From positions 11,324 through 75,323 of the IMG/VR virus record IMGVR_UViG_3300023313_000006: DNA of 64,000 nucleotides; one strand, 5' to 3'. The notes under the pieces were generated by a model. It searched no databases. It was not told where the DNA came from and worked only from the letters and a program-made list of their open reading frames with translations. This document shows positions 20,304-29,426 of this stretch, one piece after another. The position numbers and the translations under genes were made by a program. The stretch is from a virus. Within the stretch, counting starts at the first letter, position 1. The number at the start of each line of letters is the position of its first letter.

Positions 20304-21680
20304 ATGGCACAACAAATAATTGACACCGTAGGAAATACCGATACGATAAAAAGTGGTGGCGATAAAATCAATGCCAACTTCACGGAATTATATTCCAAGA
20401 TTGGTGCGCAATACGGTTATGCTGAATTGGATGCGAATGGTGAAGTTGTCCAATTTCAGGCTTCGCTTCGTCAAGCAATCGGCAACATCATGTCTCCGTT
20501 GGTTCACATTCCATTCAAACGTCAAGATGACGAAGTTGCTTTGTCTGGGCTACAGACATTCACTCGTGCGTCAACCGCGACTTATGTTGACCCGTTGGAT
20601 GGATTGGTCAAAACAGCAGCGATTGATACGCCACGTTTTGAGCGGATGAGCGATGGCGAAACTGGGATTTTGTTGGAGGGTGCTAGCACGAATTTGATGT
20701 TGGATTCCGAAGCGTTTAACAGCGGCCAATGGACTGTAAGTGCAACTACTATTACTGGCAATGCCACTGTTGCTCCTGACAGCACTACAACTGCTGACTT
20801 GATCGTTGGTGACACGACGAATGCATATCATCGAGTGTTCCAATATGCAACTGTACCGGCAAATACCGATATAACAATTTCTCGCTATGTGAAAGCAGCG
20901 GGATACAACTGGTTTGCACTCAATGCTGCTGGCGTCAGTAATGGTTGGATATGGTTTGATCTATTAAATGGCACTGTAGGTTCGATCGGGTCAGCGGTCA
21001 AAAACTATGGTATTACACCTTTAACTAATGGGTGGTACCGAGTTTGGTTGGCCGTGAACACAGGGGCATTAGCAGGTGTCGGTAATGATGGGTGGTTTTG
21101 CCCAGCAGACTTTGTAAACACATATATTGGAGATGGAACAAGCGGAGGGTATGTCTGGGGCGCACAACTCGAAGCTCTCCCATTCGCATCATCGTACATC
21201 CCAACCACCACAGCAGCAGTGACGAGGGCGGCTGATAGTTTGAGTATCGGCGCATACGGAAACAAACCAATGCGCACAAATTCGATGACATACGTTTGCG
21301 ACGCCGATCTCATTGGTAACGACCCAACAACGAATCAATATGTTTTCAACGTTGTTGGTGGAAATCAAGATAGCATTCACATAGAGACCACTTTAGCAGT
21401 GTCGTCGTATTGGGGTGGAAATTGGAATCACGGCAACCCAAACGACATTTCTCCCACACAAACAAACAGATTGGCACTAATTTCGGACGGCAGTGTATTT
21501 CATACCGCGATAAATGGTACAGCCAATAATTCGAGCATGTCTATTGGTGGTGGATCAGTGACAGAATCAACCATAATTATCGGTGCTAGTGGCGCGACGA
21601 ACGGGAAATTATACGGCCACATCCGCAACTTCCGCATATACGACCGCGCGTTGACACCAGAAGAAATAGCAATGGCGTAA
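20304..21680 (+). CDS. Fibre/spike protein: anchor, CBM-like domain and LamG/ConA C-terminus
   Basis: N-terminus paralogous to 18164; TFTRASTATY..PRF..GILLEGASTNL; WGAQLE...SSYIPT; GHIRNFRIYDRALT. Confidence 0.75.
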   Translation: MAQQIIDTVGNTDTIKSGGDKINANFTELYSKIGAQYGYAELDANGEVVQFQASLRQAIGNIMSPLVHIPFKRQDDEVALSGLQTFTRASTATYVDPLDGLVKTAAIDTPRFERMSDGETGILLEGASTNLMLDSEAFNSGQWTVSATTITGNATVAPDSTTTADLIVGDTTNAYHRVFQYATVPANTDITISRYVKAAGYNWFALNAAGVSNGWIWFDLLNGTVGSIGSAVKNYGITPLTNGWYRVWLAVNTGALAGVGNDGWFCPADFVNTYIGDGTSGGYVWGAQLEALPFASSYIPTTTAAVTRAADSLSIGAYGNKPMRTNSMTYVCDADLIGNDPTTNQYVFNVVGGNQDSIHIETTLAVSSYWGGNWNHGNPNDISPTQTNRLALISDGSVFHTAINGTANNSSMSIGGGSVTESTIIIGASGATNGKLYGHIRNFRIYDRALTPEEIAMA

Positions 21681-21692
21681 AGGATAATTCAA

Positions 21693-22103
21693 ATGTTCGA
21701 TTTAATCACTTATTGCAAAAACTCCAAAGCATTTCTCAAAGAAGTACAGCAAAAATTTCCCGACAAGGTGATCTATGACGAATCCGATCCACCAGTTGCG
21801 ATTGGTGTGTCAATCACCAAGACACCGACAATCAAAAACACAAAAGGAACGCTGGCCGTCGTTCGTTGTGATGCGAAAGAACTTGCGGACATCAAATCAT
21901 TGAAATCGATCAAAATTCTAGCAGAAGTTCCAATGGGTGGCGATTTGCTTGGTTCAATGACGAAAGCAAATCGTAAAATCTATGATTCAATTCACGACCA
22001 GAAACCAAAGCCAGTGCTGGACGAAAAAGGGAAGCCGATGAAAGATAAAAATGGAAAGAAAATCATGTTTACGCCACCGGCATTGATCGGTTCGTTTGCT
22101 TAG
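21693..22103 (+). CDS. Hypothetical basic protein, possible fibre chaperone
   Basis: AAGGA RBS; follows the fibre gene. Confidence 0.6.
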   Translation: MFDLITYCKNSKAFLKEVQQKFPDKVIYDESDPPVAIGVSITKTPTIKNTKGTLAVVRCDAKELADIKSLKSIKILAEVPMGGDLLGSMTKANRKIYDSIHDQKPKPVLDEKGKPMKDKNGKKIMFTPPALIGSFA

Positions 22104-22116
22104 GGGAGTTTGATAA

Positions 22117-22476
22117 ATGGCACAACTGAAATCTAGTCAAGCAGTTCGAGCAGACAATTTACTAACCGATATATTGACAACGACACAAACTCACTGGTCA
22201 ACAATATCTGCTAACACAACAGCGTCAAATTTCCGACATCAAGGATTTTTCGTTGACACAACAGCAGCACCAGTAACACTAACTTTGCCAGCGTCACCAC
22301 AAAACGGCGATAGCGTTTCATTCGTCGACGATAAGGGGACGTTCGCAACTAATATCTTGACGATTAACGGAAATGGTAATTTGATTATGGGCTTAAATAC
22401 ACCAATGACAGCTTCGACGAATTTCGCCAGAAACACTTTAGTTTATTTTAATTCCGATTGGAGACTCACACAATGA
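22117..22476 (+). CDS. Fibre segment protein
   Basis: VDTTAAPVTLTLPASPQNGD...NILTINGNG repeat unit, also found in 22473 and 29427. Confidence 0.65.
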   Translation: MAQLKSSQAVRADNLLTDILTTTQTHWSTISANTTASNFRHQGFFVDTTAAPVTLTLPASPQNGDSVSFVDDKGTFATNILTINGNGNLIMGLNTPMTASTNFARNTLVYFNSDWRLTQ

Positions 22477-24008
22477 GCAAATACGAAGATTTTTTTGATT
22501 TTGGTAAAATAAACTGGCAAACATACACGACTAATGTAACGGCCACATCCAATAGCGGGATTTTGGTTGATACGTCGGCAGGTGTGGCATTTACAGTAAC
22601 GCTACCAGCGACACCAAATCCGGGTGATTTTGTTGTTGTTCGTGATGGTGGTAATAACCTAACAACGACCAATGTCACAATCAGCGGCAACGGAAACACG
22701 ATCAACGGTTCGACGACTTATGCGATGAACGTTTCTGGTTCATACAAATCGTTCACTTGGTTAGGTAACGAATGGCGAGCAGAAGAAGTGTCGCGGGGCG
22801 GGTCAACATCAATTGGTATTGGCGAAATTGTTGAAATGGCTAGCGGCCTAGAATCACCAAATTTCGTCGAAATCGATAAAGCGAATGAAACGCACGTCGA
22901 TTTGACACAATATCCAGATTTGAATAATGTGATCACAAACAACGGAACAAAACCGGCGCCTTTGGCTGCGATTCAAACAGACACATTAACAACCGCCACT
23001 ACTAACGCAAACAATGGTATTCGATCTGCCTTCGATTCTACCGGCACAAGATTTGTATTCAGCGATTTCGACAGCACTTTATCCAGAACAGCAAGTGTTT
23101 ATATTAGAACCGGAGAAACTTGGACAAAAGAAGCCGATTTAACATATACAACAGCAACAATCGATTTATATTATACGGCATATTGCGATATTACAGCAGC
23201 AGGCGATCGAATTGTTTTAGGTGGCACAACAAGCGGCAACATTGGCGTCTGTAGCATATTTGTTAGAAGCGGCTCGACATGGACACTAGAAGCAAAAATA
23301 CAAGCCACAACACCGGCGGCGGGAGATGGGTTTGCTGTCTATGGTGTCGCTATTGATGGGACAGGCACGAGAATTGCTATTGAACAAGGGAATACTGGCA
23401 CACACATTTACGTTAGAAGCGGAACGACGTGGACTCTTGAGCAATCAATATCAACGGTAGGTACATATTCAAGAATTTCCTTGGATTCGTCTGGAACAAG
23501 ATTTTTGAAAAAGGGTACCGGAACACAAGCCCTAATTTACACCAGAAACGGGACAACGTGGACTCTTGAACAGGGCATAACGGTTCAAACAACAAGTGCC
23601 GCTTATGCCACAATGAACAAGAACGGTGATACAATAACAATTGCTTCAAAAATTTATCGTAGGACTGGAACCACTTGGTCTCTAGTCGCAGATTTGTTCG
23701 GCGAATCAATTTTAGATTTAGACGATACTGGCGATTATGTTCTAGCATATTCGACAAATTCGCAAATCGGTCTAAACGTATTCTCTCTATATCGTTATCA
23801 GAACGGGACATACAGAAAAATAAACGACTATATTAGCAGTTGGAATGGTACAACACACTTAGATTTGAGTGGCGACGCTGGACACTTTTACGCATCATAC
23901 TCTGGCTTAACGACACCGTTGATGTTCAAATTTCAACCAAACACGCTAACACTAAAAGACGTTAGTGCGACAAATTTTGGCTTTTCGAAATATATGAGGA
24001 TTCAATAA
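22473..24008 (+). CDS. Fibre protein with FG-GAP-like beta-propeller repeats
   Basis: Five repeats of the form (I/V)Y.R(T/S)G(T/E)TWTLE separated by D..G.R motifs; ATGA overlap with the upstream gene. Confidence 0.7.
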   Translation: MSKYEDFFDFGKINWQTYTTNVTATSNSGILVDTSAGVAFTVTLPATPNPGDFVVVRDGGNNLTTTNVTISGNGNTINGSTTYAMNVSGSYKSFTWLGNEWRAEEVSRGGSTSIGIGEIVEMASGLESPNFVEIDKANETHVDLTQYPDLNNVITNNGTKPAPLAAIQTDTLTTATTNANNGIRSAFDSTGTRFVFSDFDSTLSRTASVYIRTGETWTKEADLTYTTATIDLYYTAYCDITAAGDRIVLGGTTSGNIGVCSIFVRSGSTWTLEAKIQATTPAAGDGFAVYGVAIDGTGTRIAIEQGNTGTHIYVRSGTTWTLEQSISTVGTYSRISLDSSGTRFLKKGTGTQALIYTRNGTTWTLEQGITVQTTSAAYATMNKNGDTITIASKIYRRTGTTWSLVADLFGESILDLDDTGDYVLAYSTNSQIGLNVFSLYRYQNGTYRKINDYISSWNGTTHLDLSGDAGHFYASYSGLTTPLMFKFQPNTLTLKDVSATNFGFSKYMRIQ

Positions 24009-24416
24009 ATGAAAACCATTTATCTATACGATCAAAGAACAAAACAATTCATCGGAGAACGAAAAGTACCAAAAGGCGTCGAAATTCCATTTTCGACAAC
24101 AACAAAACCATCATCATCTTTGAAAACGCCTGCGTTTGTTGGGGGGAAATGGCAAGAATTTGATCCAACAACAGTCGTCACACAAAAAACAATCGAACTA
24201 TCAAAGTTGGATTTTATGAATTTGTTTACGAACGCAGAATTAGTGTCGATTTACACGGCGGCGAAAACGGACGTTGCTGTTGAAGTATGGGTTAAAAAGA
24301 TGGAAGCAGCGCAAACAATTAACCTATTTCACCAAGATACAATCGATGGCGTGAATGCGCTAGAAGCAAATGGTCTTTTAGCTGCGGGCAGAGCAAAGGA
24401 AATTTTAGCGGCATGA
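24009..24416 (+). CDS. Tail-fibre assembly chaperone-like protein
   Basis: IYLYD..TKQFIG...P.FVGGKW; LSKLDFMNLFT..E. Confidence 0.65.
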   Translation: MKTIYLYDQRTKQFIGERKVPKGVEIPFSTTTKPSSSLKTPAFVGGKWQEFDPTTVVTQKTIELSKLDFMNLFTNAELVSIYTAAKTDVAVEVWVKKMEAAQTINLFHQDTIDGVNALEANGLLAAGRAKEILAA

Positions 24417-24913
24417 CAAAAGCAATCTTTTTCTACATCATCGATCTAATCAAATGGCTTTCTGCTATTCTAGCAGGGTTCATCGTCTATCCAATTTTTC
24501 CGAAAGATATGAACTATCAAACGTCAAGAGGATATGGAAGATTCAAGAACAAGACAATCGACAAGATTTGGGGCAATGAAATCGACGGTCTTTCCGGTGA
24601 CGAACCATACCGCAACAACCAAGCGAAGAAATGGTACAGAAAATTGTGGCCGTCGTTCTGGTGGTCTTGTATCCGCAATCCGGCAAACAATCTAGCAAGA
24701 CACATTCGTTACGAAGGTTCAATAACAGAAAAAACAACGAAAGGAAATTTGACGATCTACACACTGAACACTGGCGATAAAGTTTTCTTTTTCTTCACAC
24801 CAAACAATCTGCTAATGTGGAAGATTGGTTACAAGTTGTGGCCAGATTCAGCGAAAGTTGGCGATTATGTAATTCCAGAATTAGCGTTTTCTCTCCAACG
24901 AGGCAAGAAATGA
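24413..24913 (+). CDS. Hypothetical membrane-anchored phage protein
   Basis: N-terminal TM segment; W.N..DG..GD and WW..IRNPANN. Confidence 0.6.
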   Translation: MTKAIFFYIIDLIKWLSAILAGFIVYPIFPKDMNYQTSRGYGRFKNKTIDKIWGNEIDGLSGDEPYRNNQAKKWYRKLWPSFWWSCIRNPANNLARHIRYEGSITEKTTKGNLTIYTLNTGDKVFFFFTPNNLLMWKIGYKLWPDSAKVGDYVIPELAFSLQRGKK

Positions 24914-25206
24914 TTTTTGAAAAAATCAAAACTCACTACGACAACCATCGCGCAGACGGTCATCCGTCCGTCGGCGCTATTTTCTCGTTCTTTCTTGCTG
25001 GTGTTCTTGGTTTATTTTTCGGTTTCACTGGTTATCTAATTGGCTTGATTTGCGGCGGCTTAATCATCGGAATTGTCATTGAAATCGCACAAAGAATCAA
25101 TCGACACTTTTCTAATTCAAAACAAAACACAATCAAAGAATCGTTGCTCGATGCTGCTGTTACTGCTTGCTGGCCATTTTTCATCTTTCGTGATTTGAAC
25201 CGCTAA
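24910..25206 (+). CDS. Small membrane protein
   Basis: ATGA overlap; two or three hydrophobic segments. Confidence 0.55.
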   Translation: MIFEKIKTHYDNHRADGHPSVGAIFSFFLAGVLGLFFGFTGYLIGLICGGLIIGIVIEIAQRINRHFSNSKQNTIKESLLDAAVTACWPFFIFRDLNR

Positions 25207-25277
25207 AACTGCGATTTTCATAAATAAACGAAAGGAGTTGAAAATGCCACCGATTTCAGATAAAGCGAAAGTTTGAT

Positions 25278-25613
25278 ATGAAAGAATTGAATCGCAGAGC
25301 AACAGATCATATTGAATTGAAAAGAAAAACGGATGATGTCGTTTCCAGACATGAGTTTGACATTCTAACGGGAATGGTTCAAGATCATCACAAACGCTTG
25401 AGAGAAATGGAAAAGTTTGTTGAAATGTCACCAGACACCGCCGAACACCACGACGATCACATTTTCGTTCAACAATCAAGAGAAAAGATGAAAGTGTTTA
25501 CTAATTCAATGCTCGATAATGCCGGTCGATTAGCATTTCTGATTTTGACGACTGGTTTTTTTGGTTGGATCATTTTCAAAACCGGAATCATCAAAATTGC
25601 AGGTGGAAGTTAA
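25278..25613 (+). CDS. Holin-like protein (RRATD motif, C-terminal TM)
   Basis: Single TM segment; two genes upstream of the amidase, after a late promoter. Confidence 0.5.
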   Translation: MKELNRRATDHIELKRKTDDVVSRHEFDILTGMVQDHHKRLREMEKFVEMSPDTAEHHDDHIFVQQSREKMKVFTNSMLDNAGRLAFLILTTGFFGWIIFKTGIIKIAGGS

Positions 25614-25614
25614 T

Positions 25615-26007
25615 ATGCCTTTGATCGAACAAATCACTCTGACCGTGCTAAATCTAATGGTGGCATTGGTCATGCTGACCACCATTTCTGAAACTTTGGA
25701 ATTCCGTCGCTTGTCCAAAGAAAATACAGTCATGGAAAAATTGAAAGGTGTCGCGTTACTTCACTTCCAAGATCACGCGATTGCTGTTTTCCTTTCGTAT
25801 CTTGGTTCGTGGGTCGGCTTAATTGCTTCACTCTATTCAATTGTAGCAATTAACATTTTTGGTTCAAGCGATCTATTCAATCAATACGCGGGGATGTGTA
25901 TTGCTATAACATTGGCGTCGATTTCCCGCTGGCTATTTTTGCGTCACATGATTGCCGAAGAAACGCCGGGTCATCCATTCTACATCATGGAACACCGAGA
26001 GAAATGA
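25615..26007 (+). CDS. Multi-TM membrane protein, holin candidate
   Basis: Three hydrophobic helices; ATGA overlap with the amidase. Confidence 0.55.
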   Translation: MPLIEQITLTVLNLMVALVMLTTISETLEFRRLSKENTVMEKLKGVALLHFQDHAIAVFLSYLGSWVGLIASLYSIVAINIFGSSDLFNQYAGMCIAITLASISRWLFLRHMIAEETPGHPFYIMEHREK

Positions 26008-26558
26008 AAATTGCCGTTTGTGCTGGTCATCACGAAGCCGCTCAAGGAGCGGTCAATGCCAAACACAAAATTTCTGAACATGAAGCAGCAACACCAATCG
26101 TCGAATTTTTGGCCAAAGAACTCAAAAATTTCGGACACGAAGCTGCTATTTTTCATGGAAGATTAAAAGAAAAAGTTAGAGCGATCAATGAAGGACATTT
26201 CGACTTAGCAATCGACCTTCATTTCAACGCTTCACCGAACAAGAAGGCTAAGGGTTGTATGGTGATGTACTACCCGACTTCTACCACCCGTAAACAGCAA
26301 GCCGACAAAATGAGCAAAACTATCGCCGATGGATTGGGACAAGACGATCTCGGTGGTCGGCCTGCTTGGTATTGGGGTGGTTCTAATCCGGGGACAAAAC
26401 CAGACTATTTTACCGATAAAACAAATTGTCCCGCATTCATCCCAGAACCGGGTTTTATCGATCAAGACGATTTTGTCGAACAATATCTACTAGATGAAAA
26501 CGGTTACAAACGAATCGCTAAAGTTGTCGCTGCTGCTCTAAACGATTTCAAAATTTAA
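26004..26558 (+). CDS. N-acetylmuramoyl-L-alanine amidase (Amidase_3), endolysin
   Basis: AGH...E, L.E.V..IN, DLHFNA, PAFIPEPGFID zinc-amidase motifs. Confidence 0.9.
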   Translation: MKIAVCAGHHEAAQGAVNAKHKISEHEAATPIVEFLAKELKNFGHEAAIFHGRLKEKVRAINEGHFDLAIDLHFNASPNKKAKGCMVMYYPTSTTRKQQADKMSKTIADGLGQDDLGGRPAWYWGGSNPGTKPDYFTDKTNCPAFIPEPGFIDQDDFVEQYLLDENGYKRIAKVVAAALNDFKI

Positions 26559-26621
26559 TGCTAAATAAAATTGATGATTTGAACAAATCATCAAAAAACA
26601 TGAATTTTGAGGTGTGGAAAC

Positions 26622-27059
26622 ATGAAGATTGCTCTTTTTGAGCCTAATTGGGACAGCTTTTCGAGCAGACTAATCGCAAAAACGACTAAAACCCCTTGGT
26701 CACACGCGGCAGTTGAAATCGACGGGCAATGGTACGACGCATCCGAAACTCGTGGTGATTTCAACAAAGTTGACATCAACAAAACAATGAAAGGGCGCTT
26801 GGCTCACGTTTGGCGAATTGGAAACAGAAAGAAAGTTCGCAAAATGATCGAAGAAAATCTTGGCAGCGAATATGACTATAAAGGCATCTACAAATACTTC
26901 TTCAAAAAAGGTGTCGATCGAAGATTCTATTGCTTTGAAGCAGCAATGGTTCTTGCTCTAGCAGTAAAGGAACCAGAATATGAACCAAAACTCAAAAACG
27001 TCACCGGCAAAGACATAGTTAATTTGCTTGGTGTACCGAATGAAATAAAGACGTTCTAG
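26622..27059 (+). CDS. Permuted papain-like (NlpC/P60, YiiX/YaeF-type) enzyme
   Basis: TKTPWSHAAV (His before Cys), G.EYDY, FYCFE. Confidence 0.8.
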   Translation: MKIALFEPNWDSFSSRLIAKTTKTPWSHAAVEIDGQWYDASETRGDFNKVDINKTMKGRLAHVWRIGNRKKVRKMIEENLGSEYDYKGIYKYFFKKGVDRRFYCFEAAMVLALAVKEPEYEPKLKNVTGKDIVNLLGVPNEIKTF

Positions 27060-27063
27060 TGGT

Positions 27064-27393
27064 GTGTCGATTCAAAGAATTGATGTTGCTCCAAACGCAC
27101 AAACGACAGTACCGATCGGGTCACTCGGAGCAACAAAAACACTTTCATATAGGTTAGAAATAGAATCGAGCACACTAATCGCTGCTTATGATATTCATAT
27201 CATCAACGATTCAAACGGGCTTGGTCATTTCGAGACGAATGGAATGGGAGACACAATCTCTCATTCCATCGATTTTTCTATCGATGCCAATATGATTGTG
27301 TCCGTCATAATAAATAACAACGAAATCAACAAAACAACGTTTACATTCATCGAGTTGTTAAACAAAGGACTATCAAATTGCGTATATTTGTAA
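27064..27393 (+). CDS. Hypothetical virion-associated protein
   Basis: Beta-rich ORF in the operon. Confidence 0.55.
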   Translation: MSIQRIDVAPNAQTTVPIGSLGATKTLSYRLEIESSTLIAAYDIHIINDSNGLGHFETNGMGDTISHSIDFSIDANMIVSVIINNNEINKTTFTFIELLNKGLSNCVYL

Positions 27394-27575
27394 AATCGAT
27401 CGGATTAGCAGCATATATCAAGATGAATGGACACGATTTGCTAAATATCACTGACGGGAAATTCGTATTTGATTCTGACATTTCCGTTCACGAATGGAAC
27501 ATCAAGTACGCAAACTCATGTTGTTCTAAGCACGATTCTGAAGTCTGTAATATGCGACGTTTAATTAAACAATAA
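27378..27575 (+). CDS. Small hypothetical protein
   Basis: AAGGA RBS plus TTG start; LAAYIKMNG. Confidence 0.55.
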   Translation: MRIFVKSIGLAAYIKMNGHDLLNITDGKFVFDSDISVHEWNIKYANSCCSKHDSEVCNMRRLIKQ

Positions 27576-27591
27576 TTCAGGAGAAAAATAG

Positions 27592-28998
27592 ATGGCTCTA
27601 CGCTTAACACAAGTCGGTAACAAGCACGGTTTTTCTGATGGCAACATTCACTATCTTTCTGGAGCAACAACTCCGGGTGGTGATGCTAGCTTTCAGGACG
27701 CCGCGCCTATCGGCTCAAAATATACTCACACAACTGCTGGCGACACCTATGTCAAAATCAGCACTGCCAACAACAGCATTCTTGACTGGGAAATTGTACC
27801 TACGGATGCTCGCGTTGCTGCTCTCGAAGCATCAACATCAACCAACGCAACAAATCTAGCAAACGAAATTTCTCGTGCGCAGGCAGCCGAAGCAGCTAAT
27901 TCTGCTCTAATCGGCACACAGGTTGCTGGTAACTACTATCTAGCAACAGACGACATGGCAACAGCCGTAAATAAAGTTGACGCACAGGTCTCAACCAATG
28001 CTGCTGCTATTTCTTCAAATACTACCGCTGCTGCCAACGCACAGACAACCGCTGACACTGCTCTTGCTAATGCTGCTACCGCTCAAGCAACAGCAGACGC
28101 AGCCATTCCACTAGCACAAAAAGCTGCTGTTAATGGTGTTGCTTCTCTTGACGCAACTGGCGTCATCCCAACAAGCCAGATTCCGGCTCTTGCTATTCAG
28201 ACAGTAACAACAGTCGCATCACAGGCTGCTATGCTCGCTCTGAATGCTCAATCTGGCGACGTTGCTATTCGTAGCGACCTTACCGCTGCTGCTGGTAATG
28301 TGTTTATGCACAATGGTGGCACAACCGGCACTATTTCTGACTGGACACAGATTGACGCTGGTGGTTATGCTGTTTCTAGCGTAAACGGCCAAACTGGCAC
28401 AATCGTTCTAGGTTTCGCTGACGTTGGCGCAGATGCCGCTGGTTCTGCTGCTGCTGTTCAAACCAACCTAGACGCAGAAGTTGCTCGTGCGCAAGCCGCC
28501 GAAACAGCAAACAGCACTGCTATCGGCAGCCGCGTTGCTGGTACTTATTATCTGGCAACAGATTCTCTAGCTGCTGCCGATGCTAAGCTAGATGCTGCTA
28601 TTGCCGCTAACGCAGCCGCAATCGCAACAAACACAACCGATATTGCTACCAACGCAGCCGCAATCGCCACACTACAGAGCAACACTTCTGGTTATGTTAC
28701 CGCTTCTTATACAGCAGTTACTAACCAAGTTGCCGATTCCGTGCCTGCTGCTGGAACACACCGTATCGAATGGGACATCGCTGTTACAGACAACGGTGTT
28801 CGTGGTAACATGGAAACTCTCAAGATTTCCGCTGCTTACGACGGCACAATCGTTGACTATGACGAAGATGATGTACTATCATTCGGTGCTCCAATTCCCG
28901 GCCTAACCTACAGCGTGGCCGTCAATGCTGGTAACATCGAACTAACAGTTTCGGCAACTGGCGCAGTTGATATTTCAATTGTTCGTCGCTCTTACTAA
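27592..28998 (+). CDS. Ala-rich coiled-coil fibre (whisker/head-fibre-like)
   Basis: Strong RBS, internal duplication, followed by a terminator; codon usage resembles gp18/gp23. Confidence 0.7.
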   Translation: MALRLTQVGNKHGFSDGNIHYLSGATTPGGDASFQDAAPIGSKYTHTTAGDTYVKISTANNSILDWEIVPTDARVAALEASTSTNATNLANEISRAQAAEAANSALIGTQVAGNYYLATDDMATAVNKVDAQVSTNAAAISSNTTAAANAQTTADTALANAATAQATADAAIPLAQKAAVNGVASLDATGVIPTSQIPALAIQTVTTVASQAAMLALNAQSGDVAIRSDLTAAAGNVFMHNGGTTGTISDWTQIDAGGYAVSSVNGQTGTIVLGFADVGADAAGSAAAVQTNLDAEVARAQAAETANSTAIGSRVAGTYYLATDSLAAADAKLDAAIAANAAAIATNTTDIATNAAAIATLQSNTSGYVTASYTAVTNQVADSVPAAGTHRIEWDIAVTDNGVRGNMETLKISAAYDGTIVDYDEDDVLSFGAPIPGLTYSVAVNAGNIELTVSATGAVDISIVRRSY

Positions 28999-29022
28999 TA
29001 GAGAACCGAAACTACAATAAAT

Positions 29023-29054
29023 AAAGGGGTGGGTGCGAAAGCATCCACCCTTTT
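29023..29054 (+). terminator. Rho-independent terminator
   Basis: GGGTGGGTGC-GAAA-GCATCCACCC followed by TTTT. Confidence 0.85.
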
Positions 29055-29072
29055 CATTTTGGAGAGATAAAA

Positions 29073-29408
29073 GTGGCAGTAACACTATCAACAAAAGGAC
29101 TACATCGCTACCCCACCGGTGTTGCTTTCGGTGGGAAAAGAGAAGTTGCTATTTTTAGAAGCGATGGACCACCAATCGGAAAAGATGACGGTTCTGTTCC
29201 ACAAGGATCAATAGCACTAGATTATGTCACGCCCGCCATTTGGCAAAAGAAAAGCAATGTCGCAACCGATTGGGTTGAAATCGGCAATTCGCCTAGCACA
29301 ACAAATCCAATCGGTCTTGAAACAATTTCAGCATTAAATCCAGCGACGGGCTTAATAGAATCGGTTTATGATGATAAAGATATTTTGGTTGGTTTGCTGC
29401 CTAAATAG
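29073..29408 (+). CDS. Hypothetical virion protein
   Basis: GGAG RBS; PQGSIALD...WQK. Confidence 0.55.
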   Translation: MAVTLSTKGLHRYPTGVAFGGKREVAIFRSDGPPIGKDDGSVPQGSIALDYVTPAIWQKKSNVATDWVEIGNSPSTTNPIGLETISALNPATGLIESVYDDKDILVGLLPK

Positions 29409-29426
29409 TCAAAAGGAGTTTGTTTT

